Origin: an uncultured Christensenella sp.
GTDB lineage: Bacteria > Bacillota > Clostridia > Christensenellales > UBA1242
Assembly (NCBI GenBank): GCA_964573405.1
Contig: CAZNJK010000004.1
Location: 22 to 64,021 of the forward strand
Length of the DNA stretch: 64,000 bases
Direction of reading: 5' to 3'
Part shown: in pieces, positions 49,516 through 58,433 of the stretch
Numbering within the stretch: position 1 is the first letter of the stretch
How the letters are laid out: every line of letters starts with the position of its first letter
The notes under the pieces: model-generated
The model's input: only the letters and a program-made list of their open reading frames with translations
The model's database searches: none
Told to the model about the DNA's origin: nothing
Program-made: the position numbers and the translations under genes

Positions 49516-49765
49516 ATTTTTTGTACTTATTTTCAAATTTTCTTTTTGTCGCGAGTCCGCCACGAATGTGCTTCTCACTAAAATTCTTATCAAGCACCGC
49601 CTTTACTTGCTTGTAGAGTGCGTAATTTTCATGTTTTAGTCTGTTACTCACATCGTTATGAACCGTACTTTTTGAGATATTGAAGTGTTTTGCTGTTTTT
49701 CTTATGGTTGTTTTTTGGTCAAGAATGTAATGGGCGAATTCTTCCGCCCGCAATAGATTTGACAT
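49514..49765 (-). CDS. spoIIID: Sporulation transcriptional regulator SpoIIID
   Basis: An 83-aa protein. TIRKTAKHFNISKSTVHNDVSNRL and KHIRGGLATKRKF match my recollection of B. subtilis SpoIIID (TVRVIAKEFGVSKSTVHKDL ... RHLRGGEATKLKY). An AAAGGGGA RBS lies upstream. Confidence 0.85.
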   Translation of the reverse strand: MSNLLRAEEFAHYILDQKTTIRKTAKHFNISKSTVHNDVSNRLKHENYALYKQVKAVLDKNFSEKHIRGGLATKRKFENKYKK

Positions 49766-49846
49766 ATTGTTTTATCCCCTTTCGGTGTTTTTAAAATAAT
49801 ATGTCGAATTTTTGCTATTTATGTCTAAAAACCAATAAAAAATCAC

Positions 49847-49873
49847 AAAAAAGCGAACCCGTAATGGATTCGC
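49847..49873 (-). terminator. Rho-independent terminator after acpP
   Basis: Minus strand reads GCGAATCC-ATTAC-GGGTTCGC (8-bp stem including one G-U) followed by TTTTTTG. It begins 17 nt after the acpP stop. Confidence 0.7.
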
Positions 49874-49889
49874 ATCAACAATTGCAAAT

Positions 49890-50120
49890 TTATTTTCTAA
49901 CTTTTCTATCTAGTAAGTCAACAATATCTTTAACTGTTTTTAAAGTTACTGCTTCTTCATCGTTAACAGAAACATTGAATTTATCTTCAACAGACATAAG
50001 CAACTCAACAACGTCAAGAGAGTCAGCGCCTAGGTCTTCAACAATTCTACTTTCTAATTTAATTTTATCAGCCTTAACATTTAGTTGTTCAGCCAAAATA
50101 GATTTAACTTTTTCAAACAT
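49890..50120 (-). CDS. acpP: Acyl carrier protein
   Basis: MFEKVKSILAEQLNVKADKIKLESRIVEDLGADSLDVVELLMSVEDKF..., with the phosphopantetheine-attachment motif DSLD. I chose the ATG at 50120 (GAGGTG RBS 6 nt upstream) rather than the GTG at 50129. Confidence 0.9.
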   Translation of the reverse strand: MFEKVKSILAEQLNVKADKIKLESRIVEDLGADSLDVVELLMSVEDKFNVSVNDEEAVTLKTVKDIVDLLDRKVRK

Positions 50121-50196
50121 TTTTAACACCTCACAAAAATTCTAATACGATTATAGCGGAAAAGTTATTTTTTTGTAAAGCGAATTTTGTTACTTT

Positions 50197-50796
50197 TTAT
50201 TTATTTTCAAGGTCAAGATATCCTGCGGGGTCAATTTTCTTATCATTGTCTAATAATTCAAAGTGCAAGTGTCCACCTTCTTCAAGTTCTGCATAAGCAC
50301 TGCACCCTACCGTACCTATGACATCGCCCTTCTTAATTTTTTCACCCTTAGACACCGCAATATTTTCACCTAGCGACGAGTATGTTGATTTTAGCCCGTT
50401 GTTGTGCTTAATCACTACATAGTTTCCTTTCAAATAATTACTCCCCACTTCCAACACTTGTCCGTCAAGCACCGAATACACATTACTCCCCACTTCTGCT
50501 ACAAAATCCACTCCCATATGAGCCTCAAATTGATTAAGGGTTGCATTGTATTGCAATGCGGTGTTGCTATAAGATTTTGAAACGGTCGCATTTAGTACTG
50601 GCATAGTCATAACACTTGAAGTCATCGCCCCCGAATTGTCAATATTTATATTTGCATTACCACCACTCGTGGGGGTTGTATCTCCCCTTTCCCCCGATAC
50701 TGCTAGTGCAATAATTAGGATAAGAGCCATCACACCTATCAACATTAAGTACCCATACTTTTTCAACACTAAAATTAACTTTTGTTTTTTTGTCAT
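50197..50796 (-). CDS. Membrane-anchored M23 (LytM) peptidase; SpoIIQ-like by context
   Basis: An N-terminal TM helix (YLMLIGVMALILIIALAV) is followed by an M23 domain with intact H-x-x-x-D (HMGVDF) and H-x-H (HLHFE) motifs. The start is set at ATG 50796 behind AAAGGAGG. The SpoIIQ idea rests on proximity to spoIIID, as I recall for the Clostridioides difficile spoIIQ-spoIIID arrangement. Confidence 0.8.
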   Translation of the reverse strand: MTKKQKLILVLKKYGYLMLIGVMALILIIALAVSGERGDTTPTSGGNANINIDNSGAMTSSVMTMPVLNATVSKSYSNTALQYNATLNQFEAHMGVDFVAEVGSNVYSVLDGQVLEVGSNYLKGNYVVIKHNNGLKSTYSSLGENIAVSKGEKIKKGDVIGTVGCSAYAELEEGGHLHFELLDNDKKIDPAGYLDLENK

Positions 50797-50826
50797 TATA
50801 TGACCTCCTTTAAAATTTGTTATGAG

Positions 50827-50857
50827 AATGATTGCCAACAAAAATTGATTTTATACA
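50827..50857 (-). promoter_or_regulatory. Candidate forespore (sigma-F/G-type) promoter upstream of the M23 gene
   Basis: Minus strand reads TGTATA-N15-GGCAATCATT. It resembles the remembered sigma-F consensus (GCATA ... GGnRAYAMTW) with one mismatch in each element. It lies in the 66-nt gap upstream of the RBS. This is recalled consensus only. Confidence 0.3.
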
Positions 50858-50862
50858 TAATT

Positions 50863-51300
50863 TCAAAAACAATTAACACTCGGAATTCCCAATATTACAA
50901 CATCTTCTTCAATTACGATTTGCACACTCTTCCAGCCGTTCACCAAATTATTTTTAAAATGACAATCATACACTATATTGTCAAAAACCATATATTTATT
51001 GTCAATATGTATATTGTTGTTGTCAATAAATTTACATATATCAAGACCACTTAAATTAAGCTTAATCGCAATTCCTTCTAGATTTTCAACATCTAATTTG
51101 TCTAAGTTTTTGACATTTACTATTACGCTATTGCCATTAAACACGCCATCAATGTTAGAAGATTCTTTTTGGGGATATGTAAGTTGAATAGATAGGATAT
51201 TATCAAATTGAGATAAAAACGAATTAACATCGTTATAATAAAAGCATTTTCTTGCAACCAATAATAACATTAAAAACACAACACACAACAACTTTTTCAT
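50863..51300 (-). CDS. Hypothetical small secreted/membrane-anchored protein (145 aa)
   Basis: The ORF has an N-terminal hydrophobic signal or anchor (MKKLLCVVFLMLLLVA). I found no recognisable motif. Confidence 0.5.
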   Translation of the reverse strand: MKKLLCVVFLMLLLVARKCFYYNDVNSFLSQFDNILSIQLTYPQKESSNIDGVFNGNSVIVNVKNLDKLDVENLEGIAIKLNLSGLDICKFIDNNNIHIDNKYMVFDNIVYDCHFKNNLVNGWKSVQIVIEEDVVILGIPSVNCF

Positions 51301-51369
51301 AGCAAAATTATAGACAGAAAAAATGTAAAATATACAACTAAAAACTTAAAAATCACACAAAATAAAAGT

Positions 51370-52713
51370 ATGAAAAAATTTATTATTTGTGTTTACATAA
51401 TGAGCATTCTTATCTCCATATTCTCAATTAAAAATCATTACATTGTTGCAAATTTACAACCAGATTTTCAGCCAGAGATTATTGCCAATAATGAAGCCAT
51501 AAACTACTTTGACATCATAAATAAACTCAAAAACAATGTGTCAGACGATTCGCTTAATTACGCTTTTAATCACGATAAAATCACAGAAGATTTAATTAAT
51601 TTTAAGTCAAAATTAATTGATATAATTAATAATCACATAAAAAATAAGGAGTATTTTCTTGCAAAACAACTCCTTGATGAATATATTTATTTATACTCTT
51701 CCGACACTCAATTTTTGGCTCTCAATAACTTTCTAAATAGCCAAAATCAACAACATCTAGTTGAATATAATGGCGACATTGAACTTTTAAGTTTTGCCCC
51801 AATTGTAGCATACCCCGAGCAAGCCTTTAGTTCCAAGAATTCTTCAGCCAGCAACATTGACAACAACCATATAACCACATCGGAATTTAAAAAAATATTA
51901 CATAGTCTTTACGAAAACAACTATGTAATCATATCTCCAAAAAGCGTATTTTACACATCCAATGGGCACCCATATAAGGGAAAAATACATCTTCCACGCA
52001 ATAAAAAGCCTATCATTTTAATCCTTGAAGACGTGGCTTACAGCAAAAATCTCGGCGGTGTAGACAAACTCATTCTTGACAATGACGACAACATTGCAAC
52101 ATACACACCCAAAAGAGCCATCAATGAGAGAATTGGTCACGACAACGACTTCATAACAATCTTAAACAACTTTATTGCCGAGCACCCCACCTTTAGTTTT
52201 AATGACGCAAAAGCATTAGTTGTTGTGGATGGACACAATGGAATATTTGGCTACGACACCGCCAAAACAAATGCCACAAGCAAGTATCAAATTAAAAAAG
52301 CGACGGAAATAATTAACCGACTTGAAAATATGGGCTACACATTCGCTTCGCGTGGATACAACACTTCAATATCAAGCCCCTACATCAACTTTGCAAGTGG
52401 TATTAATTCGTGGCAAAATGGACCGAGCAAAATAATTAACAGTGATGTAAACATCTTCTTCTTAGGCGGTCAAATTGGCCCACAAATAGCCGATTTGAAC
52501 AGTAAGTTGGACCTACTCAACACCTACCGCTACAACTTAATCATAAGCAACGATTTTAATCCAATATTCGACGAATTGAGCGAATTAGTACACCTAACCG
52601 CAAAACAAGTTAACGGCAATACTTTAAGGGAGAAAAGTGTCGAATTCAAACATCTTTTCGACTGTGAATTTGTATATGACCACTTAAATCGACCCATTGC
52701 ATTTAACACATAA
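51370..52713 (+). CDS. Hypothetical membrane-anchored protein (447 aa), function unknown
   Basis: A long ORF with an N-terminal TM segment (FIICVYIMSILISIFSI) and no motif I can name. It is one of only two convincing plus-strand genes in the window (the other is ttcA). No obvious SD is present. Confidence 0.6.
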   Translation: MKKFIICVYIMSILISIFSIKNHYIVANLQPDFQPEIIANNEAINYFDIINKLKNNVSDDSLNYAFNHDKITEDLINFKSKLIDIINNHIKNKEYFLAKQLLDEYIYLYSSDTQFLALNNFLNSQNQQHLVEYNGDIELLSFAPIVAYPEQAFSSKNSSASNIDNNHITTSEFKKILHSLYENNYVIISPKSVFYTSNGHPYKGKIHLPRNKKPIILILEDVAYSKNLGGVDKLILDNDDNIATYTPKRAINERIGHDNDFITILNNFIAEHPTFSFNDAKALVVVDGHNGIFGYDTAKTNATSKYQIKKATEIINRLENMGYTFASRGYNTSISSPYINFASGINSWQNGPSKIINSDVNIFFLGGQIGPQIADLNSKLDLLNTYRYNLIISNDFNPIFDELSELVHLTAKQVNGNTLREKSVEFKHLFDCEFVYDHLNRPIAFNT

Positions 52714-52746
52714 GATAAGCCATATTAAAGCAAAATATATTGCAAC

Positions 52747-52784
52747 AAAAAAATCAGACTTTATATATCAAGCCTGATTTTATT
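52747..52784. terminator. Bidirectional terminator between convergent genes
   Basis: AAAAAAATCAGACTT (stem) - TATATATC - AAGCCTGATTTT, a 9-bp stem with one mismatch. A-runs and T-runs flank it on both sides. Confidence 0.55.
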
Positions 52785-52785
52785 A

Positions 52786-54474
52786 TTATTTATACATATC
52801 TTTGTAAGCATTTTTAAAGTATTCAATGTCAAGGGCTTTTCTTACTTCTACGATAAAGTTACTTGCTGAAGTATTGTATGCTGAATTACTTATATCATCA
52901 TAAAGCACATCAAATAACGACTTATTGCTACTAAGTTGAGTTTTTGTATTAAATAGGTCCGAAGCGGTAAGTGTGTTGATGTCGTTTACAACACTCTTTA
53001 CATCGCCCGAATAGAATAGAATATGAACACCGTAGTCGGTAATAACCATATCACTCATATCACCTACTGAGCCAGTGTGATACATTTCTCTTGCTTTGTC
53101 TGCAAATGGCTTAACCATTTTGTCTTCAACATTTTCGTCAATATTTACAACATAAGCAAAGTCAGAATTCATAATTCCTTCGTCATCGTTGTAAACATAT
53201 ATCATATCGTTAAATAATTTTGCCTTTTCTGTTGCGTCAGCACCCCTGTTAACATAATTTGCAATTCTGTTGTACACATTTACTGCATTTGATGTGTAGG
53301 TTTCGCCATTCATTTCGTAAGTAACAACTGTACGATTTGCAATGTCTTTAACTAATTCATTGTATCGGGACTCTGAAATAAGCCCTTTCTCTAATTTTTT
53401 ATCAAGTTCTTCAATTTGGGCAGTTTGTGAGTCACTGAATTTAAGTAAAATGTGACTTACATACACATATTCGCCAGAATGATGATAATACATTCCGCTT
53501 ATGTCGTCGCCAGCCATTGCTTCGTGATATGCATCCATATCGTCTTTATATTCTGCTTCTTGAGTTGTGTATTCTTGCTTAAATGTTCTAACCACATCAT
53601 CTAGAATGTCTTCATTTAAAACATATTTACCAATTGAGCTATCAAATGTGAAGTTGTAGTACTTATTGTACCAATCTTCAAATATTTCCATATATTTCGA
53701 GCGAGTATATAGATCTATCAATCTTTTTTCTTCGTTATGAAGAACAGTTGTTTCATCGGTGCTTACACCTTCTGCTTTTGCATTGTCTTGAAGTTGTTTT
53801 ATATATCTTGTATATGCTTCTTTACTAACTTCTTCATCTCTTACTAATTGTACAAAGTGCTCTGGAGCAACACGTTTGTCATGAGTTCTACTAGCGCCAT
53901 CTTTCAAAACTATTTTATCGTATTCTTCAATATATTCTAGTTGGGAAGAATATTCATCATAACTTGCTCTTAGTGACTCAACTTCTTCATCGTCAAGTTC
54001 GTCTTCGCTAAGATACTCCATACCCCACTCTTCAAATATCTCTTCTTCAAGTTCGTAGATGCTATCTTGCATACTATCGAATGCTTCCAATTTTGCGTCA
54101 TTTTTATCAGCATCGGTAAATTCAACATCATAGTTAGGATTATCAAAATAATTGGTCTTAATGTATGTGTACAATATATCGGAGTTAATCATATTGCTCA
54201 TCGCATAATTAACACCAGTTTCTGCATCAATTTGACCTTGGCTAACATAAGAATATGCGTAATTATAATAAGCATTAAGAAGGTCTTTCTTTGTATAGGT
54301 CTTCTTATAAGCGTCATACTCTGCCCCGTAACCGTCTTTTACACCAACTGTGGCAACTTTTTGGCTATAGTACTTATATTTGTTAATCTCGACCAAATTA
54401 CAGCCGGCAAACATAAACACACTCAAAAACATCGCACACACTGTCAACAATATCTTTTTTGTTTTAGTTTTCAC
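52786..54474 (-). CDS. PrsA-like foldase lipoprotein (parvulin-type peptidyl-prolyl isomerase), GTG start
   Basis: Lipobox MKTKTKKILLTVCAMFLSVFMFAGC. The parvulin-like core runs from YVSHILLKFSD... to ...ITDYGVHILFY. The GTG start at 54474 follows an AGGAGA RBS. Its position downstream of pth-mfd is typical of Clostridia. Confidence 0.75.
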   Translation of the reverse strand: MKTKTKKILLTVCAMFLSVFMFAGCNLVEINKYKYYSQKVATVGVKDGYGAEYDAYKKTYTKKDLLNAYYNYAYSYVSQGQIDAETGVNYAMSNMINSDILYTYIKTNYFDNPNYDVEFTDADKNDAKLEAFDSMQDSIYELEEEIFEEWGMEYLSEDELDDEEVESLRASYDEYSSQLEYIEEYDKIVLKDGASRTHDKRVAPEHFVQLVRDEEVSKEAYTRYIKQLQDNAKAEGVSTDETTVLHNEEKRLIDLYTRSKYMEIFEDWYNKYYNFTFDSSIGKYVLNEDILDDVVRTFKQEYTTQEAEYKDDMDAYHEAMAGDDISGMYYHHSGEYVYVSHILLKFSDSQTAQIEELDKKLEKGLISESRYNELVKDIANRTVVTYEMNGETYTSNAVNVYNRIANYVNRGADATEKAKLFNDMIYVYNDDEGIMNSDFAYVVNIDENVEDKMVKPFADKAREMYHTGSVGDMSDMVITDYGVHILFYSGDVKSVVNDINTLTASDLFNTKTQLSSNKSLFDVLYDDISNSAYNTSASNFIVEVRKALDIEYFKNAYKDMYK

Positions 54475-54511
54475 GAATTTTCTCCTAGTAAATAAAATTT
54501 TAGTCTTGCTT

Positions 54512-54540
54512 ATTATACTATGTTAACAAGATTTTGGCAA
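54512..54540 (-). promoter_or_regulatory. Sigma-A-type promoter for the PrsA-like gene: TTGCCA-N17-TATAAT
   Basis: Minus strand reads cTTGCCAaaatcttgttaacatagTATAATaagc. The -35 is at 54535-54540 and the -10 at 54512-54517, with a 17-nt spacer. Confidence 0.5.
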
Positions 54541-54552
54541 GAAATTAATCGA

Positions 54553-57500
54553 CTAATTAGCCACAAATTCTAAAAAGTTTATAATTAAATTGGCCACTTC
54601 ATCCAAATTTAATTCTTTTGTCAAGGTAATTATTGGTTGATTTTTGGTTTCTAATACCAAATAATCGGAAAAATTTTCTAGTCCGTTAACAATTTTCTCA
54701 CCAACTTGACTTAAAAATAATTGAACTTGCTTTGGCTTTAAGACAACTCTAAAAATCCCCGCCCTTTCACTCAAATTTTTAATAAGCGCGATTTTGCAAA
54801 GATTTAGGACTTCTTCCGCCACTTCACCGTAAATTTCCGATATATACGCAATTATTTGCAATAGTTTTAGTGCCGAGTCAATCTTACTTATTTTTAGATA
54901 TGTCGACATTCTTTGATTGTAATCACTTATGTAATCGTTAGGGATATAGGCATTTAATGAAGTTTCAACTTTCACTTCGGTCTTTTGTTTTTCCGCTTCT
55001 CCCTTAATTTCACTTACGCTCTCGCTTAGAAGTTTTAAGTACATTGCATACCCGACTTTTTCGATGTGCCCGCTTTGTTCGGCTCCAAATATGCTCCCTG
55101 CACCGCGGATTTCCAAATCCCTAAGTGCTATTTTAAACCCGCTTCCCATGGCGGAGTATTCCGTAATGGCCTCAAGCCTTTTTAGTGCGGTGTCGGAAAG
55201 GATTTTCCCGCCGTCATATGTAAAATACGCATATGCTTGTTTGTCCGACCGTCCGACTCTCCCCTTTAACTGATATAGTTGAGATAACCCTAGCAAATCC
55301 GCATTTATTACAATCAAAGTATTTGCATTAGGAAGGTCAATTCCATTCTCAATAAGCGTGGTACTTACAAGAATTTGCGTGTCGGAATTGTATAACTTAT
55401 ATATTGCATTTTCTAGTTTTTCTTGCTCCATTTGACCATGAGCAATGTCTATAGCAACATCTGGAAACATATTGCGAACAACATTAGAAAATTCGTATAT
55501 GCTTTCAACTTTATTGTACACTATGAGAACTTGTCCGCCACGACTTAGTTCGTTAGATATAGCACTTTTTAATATGTCGGGCGAATATTCACACACTTGC
55601 ACTGCAGTAGGAATTCTCGATACTGGCGGAGTTTCTATAACACTTATGTCCCTAATCCCCGTTAGGCTCATATTAAGCGTCCGCGGGATTGGTGTGGCAG
55701 AAAGGGTCAAAACATTAATGTTCTTTTTAAGATTTTTTATTTTCTCCTTATCTCCAACTCCAAATTTTTGTTCTTCGTCAAGCACCAATAGTCCCAAATT
55801 TTTGAATTTGATTTTTGAATTCAAAAGTTTGTGAGTACCCACAACCAGATCGACATCTCCACTAGCCAGCCCGTCATAAATCTTATTTAATTCTTTAGTT
55901 GTTGTAAATCTATTAATTACAGCAATGCTTACGCCAAAATTTTTCATTCGCATCAAGGCTGTATTGTAATGTTGTTGTGACAAGATTGTTGTAGGACAAA
56001 GAAATGCGACTTGCCTACCCGCAAGGATTGTCTTAAACGCACATCTTATTGCGACTTCGGTTTTGCCAAACCCGACATCTCCGCACACGAGCCTATCCAT
56101 AACCTTGCCCGACTCCATATCTTTTTTAATATCTTCTATCGCTTGCATTTGGTCGGCAGTTTCTTCGTACCCAAAACTCTCTTCAAACTCAGCCATCACT
56201 TCGTCGTCTTTTGGATATGTATATCCCACCAAAGAATTACGCTCGGCATACAAATTTTTCAAGTCAAAGGCAAGTTGTTTTACGGTGGCTCTAACTTTCT
56301 CTTTCGCCTTTAAGAATTCTGTTCCGCCAAGTTTGTTAAGTGCGGGAGTGTCACCACCAATGTACTTGTCAATCAAATCAATATTTTCTACAGGCAAATA
56401 CAATCGGTCGTTATTTTTATATTCTATAATAACATAATCTCTTTTTGATAACGACAATTTTAAGCACTCAACCCCTAGGCATTTGCCAATACCGTGGGTA
56501 GAATGCACCACAAAGTCACCACTTTCTGGCAGAAACCCATTAAATGATTGCGATTCGCCTTTTTTAAGAATCGGTTTTGTTTTTCCAAAAATATACAGAT
56601 TTGAAAGTACAAAAATCTTCTCAACTTCCAAGTTGATACTCATTCCACTTGCCCTAGTTATAATATTTACGCTATGTGGAATTACGCCAAAGCCATTCCC
56701 CACAATATTAAAATTAATCTTCTCTTGGGTAAACAAGTCGGCAAGTTTTTGCGAATTATTTTTATCTTTTCCATACACCACAATCGTGTAGTTTTTTAAT
56801 TGCAACTGAGCAATCTCTTGCACCAGTAACTTTAAATTTCCAATATAATTAGTCAAAGGAATTGTCTTTACATTAAAGACTTTTGTAGGTGTAAAAAGCC
56901 TATTTTGATTGATTATATATTGATACCCTACAACAGGCAAATCTTTAAAATCGACCGCACTAGACAACAAATAATTATTGGGCTTAATAAAGTTTTCCTT
57001 TATTGAAGAATTGTGATTTTTAACTTCTTCTTCTATATAATTATATATAGTTTTGGTATCTGCAATGCCCACAACAAAGTTGTCAAGATAGTCAATTATG
57101 GACGAATTTATATTGTCAAAAAATTGTGCACACCACAAAATATTGCCCAATTTACTATTGTACATTTCCAATTGTTCTAATATTTGTTCATCTTTAATAT
57201 CCCAATCAAGAACATTTATATCACTAAACCACTCCACTGGATATATGTAATAAGAATCGACGCTATTAATGTTGCTCAAAGTTTCCCTATCGTAAATCTT
57301 AATGCTTTCGATGGTGTCATAATCAAAATACACCCTAACGCCTTCACGATTAAAACATATATCGGCCATATCGCCTTTTACAACAAACTGGTTAGTCGTG
57401 GGGCTATCGCTTCTACTCAAGCCCATTCTTATAAGTTGGCTTTTTAGGTCATCCATAGTGACAACTTGCCCTACTTCAACCGTAAATGTCTTGCCACTTA

Positions 57501-57870
57501 TGTAATCCACACTCGGCAACTTATACAACAAAAACATAGGGTTTACAATTACGGCATCCACTTGTTTTTGCAATATTTTTGCTAAGACTTCAACAACTTT
57601 TGCGTTGTAGTCGCACTGGAATGGACTAAGTTTGAAGTCCAATTTGTCCATAAGCATTTCCACTCTATAGCCACTTTCCAATAGTTTTTCTTTTATTCCC
57701 ACCGCTTCCTTTATGTCGGCAGTAACAAAAAAAAGACTCTTACCGCTCTCTTTTAAAAGGGTAAGTTTTGCGTCTTTTTCACAGCCAAAAACTGTAATTT
57801 TTTCGCCTAGTTTTATTGAGTTGAAAAGAGTAGTAACAATACTACTTTTATCTAAAAATTTGTCAATCAT
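54553..57870 (-). CDS. mfd: Transcription-repair coupling factor
   Basis: A 1,105-aa protein. It has Walker A GDVGFGKTEVAIRCAF, DEAD-like LVLDEEQKFGV, helicase C blocks (TTLIENGIDLPNANT, QLKGRVGRS) and an N-terminal UvrB-like region. Its ATG overlaps the pth stop (ATGA). Confidence 0.95.
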   Translation of the reverse strand: MIDKFLDKSSIVTTLFNSIKLGEKITVFGCEKDAKLTLLKESGKSLFFVTADIKEAVGIKEKLLESGYRVEMLMDKLDFKLSPFQCDYNAKVVEVLAKILQKQVDAVIVNPMFLLYKLPSVDYISGKTFTVEVGQVVTMDDLKSQLIRMGLSRSDSPTTNQFVVKGDMADICFNREGVRVYFDYDTIESIKIYDRETLSNINSVDSYYIYPVEWFSDINVLDWDIKDEQILEQLEMYNSKLGNILWCAQFFDNINSSIIDYLDNFVVGIADTKTIYNYIEEEVKNHNSSIKENFIKPNNYLLSSAVDFKDLPVVGYQYIINQNRLFTPTKVFNVKTIPLTNYIGNLKLLVQEIAQLQLKNYTIVVYGKDKNNSQKLADLFTQEKINFNIVGNGFGVIPHSVNIITRASGMSINLEVEKIFVLSNLYIFGKTKPILKKGESQSFNGFLPESGDFVVHSTHGIGKCLGVECLKLSLSKRDYVIIEYKNNDRLYLPVENIDLIDKYIGGDTPALNKLGGTEFLKAKEKVRATVKQLAFDLKNLYAERNSLVGYTYPKDDEVMAEFEESFGYEETADQMQAIEDIKKDMESGKVMDRLVCGDVGFGKTEVAIRCAFKTILAGRQVAFLCPTTILSQQHYNTALMRMKNFGVSIAVINRFTTTKELNKIYDGLASGDVDLVVGTHKLLNSKIKFKNLGLLVLDEEQKFGVGDKEKIKNLKKNINVLTLSATPIPRTLNMSLTGIRDISVIETPPVSRIPTAVQVCEYSPDILKSAISNELSRGGQVLIVYNKVESIYEFSNVVRNMFPDVAIDIAHGQMEQEKLENAIYKLYNSDTQILVSTTLIENGIDLPNANTLIVINADLLGLSQLYQLKGRVGRSDKQAYAYFTYDGGKILSDTALKRLEAITEYSAMGSGFKIALRDLEIRGAGSIFGAEQSGHIEKVGYAMYLKLLSESVSEIKGEAEKQKTEVKVETSLNAYIPNDYISDYNQRMSTYLKISKIDSALKLLQIIAYISEIYGEVAEEVLNLCKIALIKNLSERAGIFRVVLKPKQVQLFLSQVGEKIVNGLENFSDYLVLETKNQPIITLTKELNLDEVANLIINFLEFVAN

Positions 57871-58433
57871 AGTTTAAATTTGTTAACATCTATACTTTCG
57901 ACTTTCCCGTCGCTTTTAATATATTCTTTCAAAACACCATTTAGTTTTGGCAAAGACTCTTCAATTTTTGATAAATTTTCCTTGTTAATATGGGCTAACA
58001 CATAGTCAATAATCGGAATTCGGTCATCTTTTCCAATCCCTACCCTAAGACGAGCAAATTTCTCACTGCCTAGGCTACTCACAATGCTTCTCATCCCGTT
58101 ATGAGTCCCCGCACTGCCCTGTTTTCTAAATCTCAAGGTCCCGCACGGTAAATCGGCATCATCATATATAATAACCAATTTTTCTAGCGGTAATTTTAAT
58201 TGATTAACCACTTGACTTACACTTATTCCGCTAGCATTCATATATGTGGTGGGCTTCATCAAGATGACTTTTTGCCCTTCTATCATTCCTTCCCCGACCA
58301 ACGCATTGTACTTCTTCTTTGTAAATTCGATGTTGTTCATTTCGGCAAAATAATCTATACTTTTAAAACCAACATTGTGATATGTGTTGTCGTATTTTTT
58401 CTCTGGGTTTCCAAGCCCCACTATTACTATCAT
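57867..58433 (-). CDS. pth: Peptidyl-tRNA hydrolase
   Basis: MIVIVGLGNPEKKYDNTYHNVGF... and ...GSAGTHNGMRSI are canonical Pth blocks. The TGA stop overlaps the mfd start. Confidence 0.95.
   Translation of the reverse strand: MIVIVGLGNPEKKYDNTYHNVGFKSIDYFAEMNNIEFTKKKYNALVGEGMIEGQKVILMKPTTYMNASGISVSQVVNQLKLPLEKLVIIYDDADLPCGTLRFRKQGSAGTHNGMRSIVSSLGSEKFARLRVGIGKDDRIPIIDYVLAHINKENLSKIEESLPKLNGVLKEYIKSDGKVESIDVNKFKL

Noticed and set aside
57867-58433. Alternative genetic code (e.g. TGA=Trp, Mollicutes-like) as an explanation for the very long ORFs
   Set aside because: TGA clearly terminates pth (57867-57869), the GlmU-like ORF (58430-58432) and tadA (59220-59222) at natural protein ends. The giant ORFs are open under the standard code.
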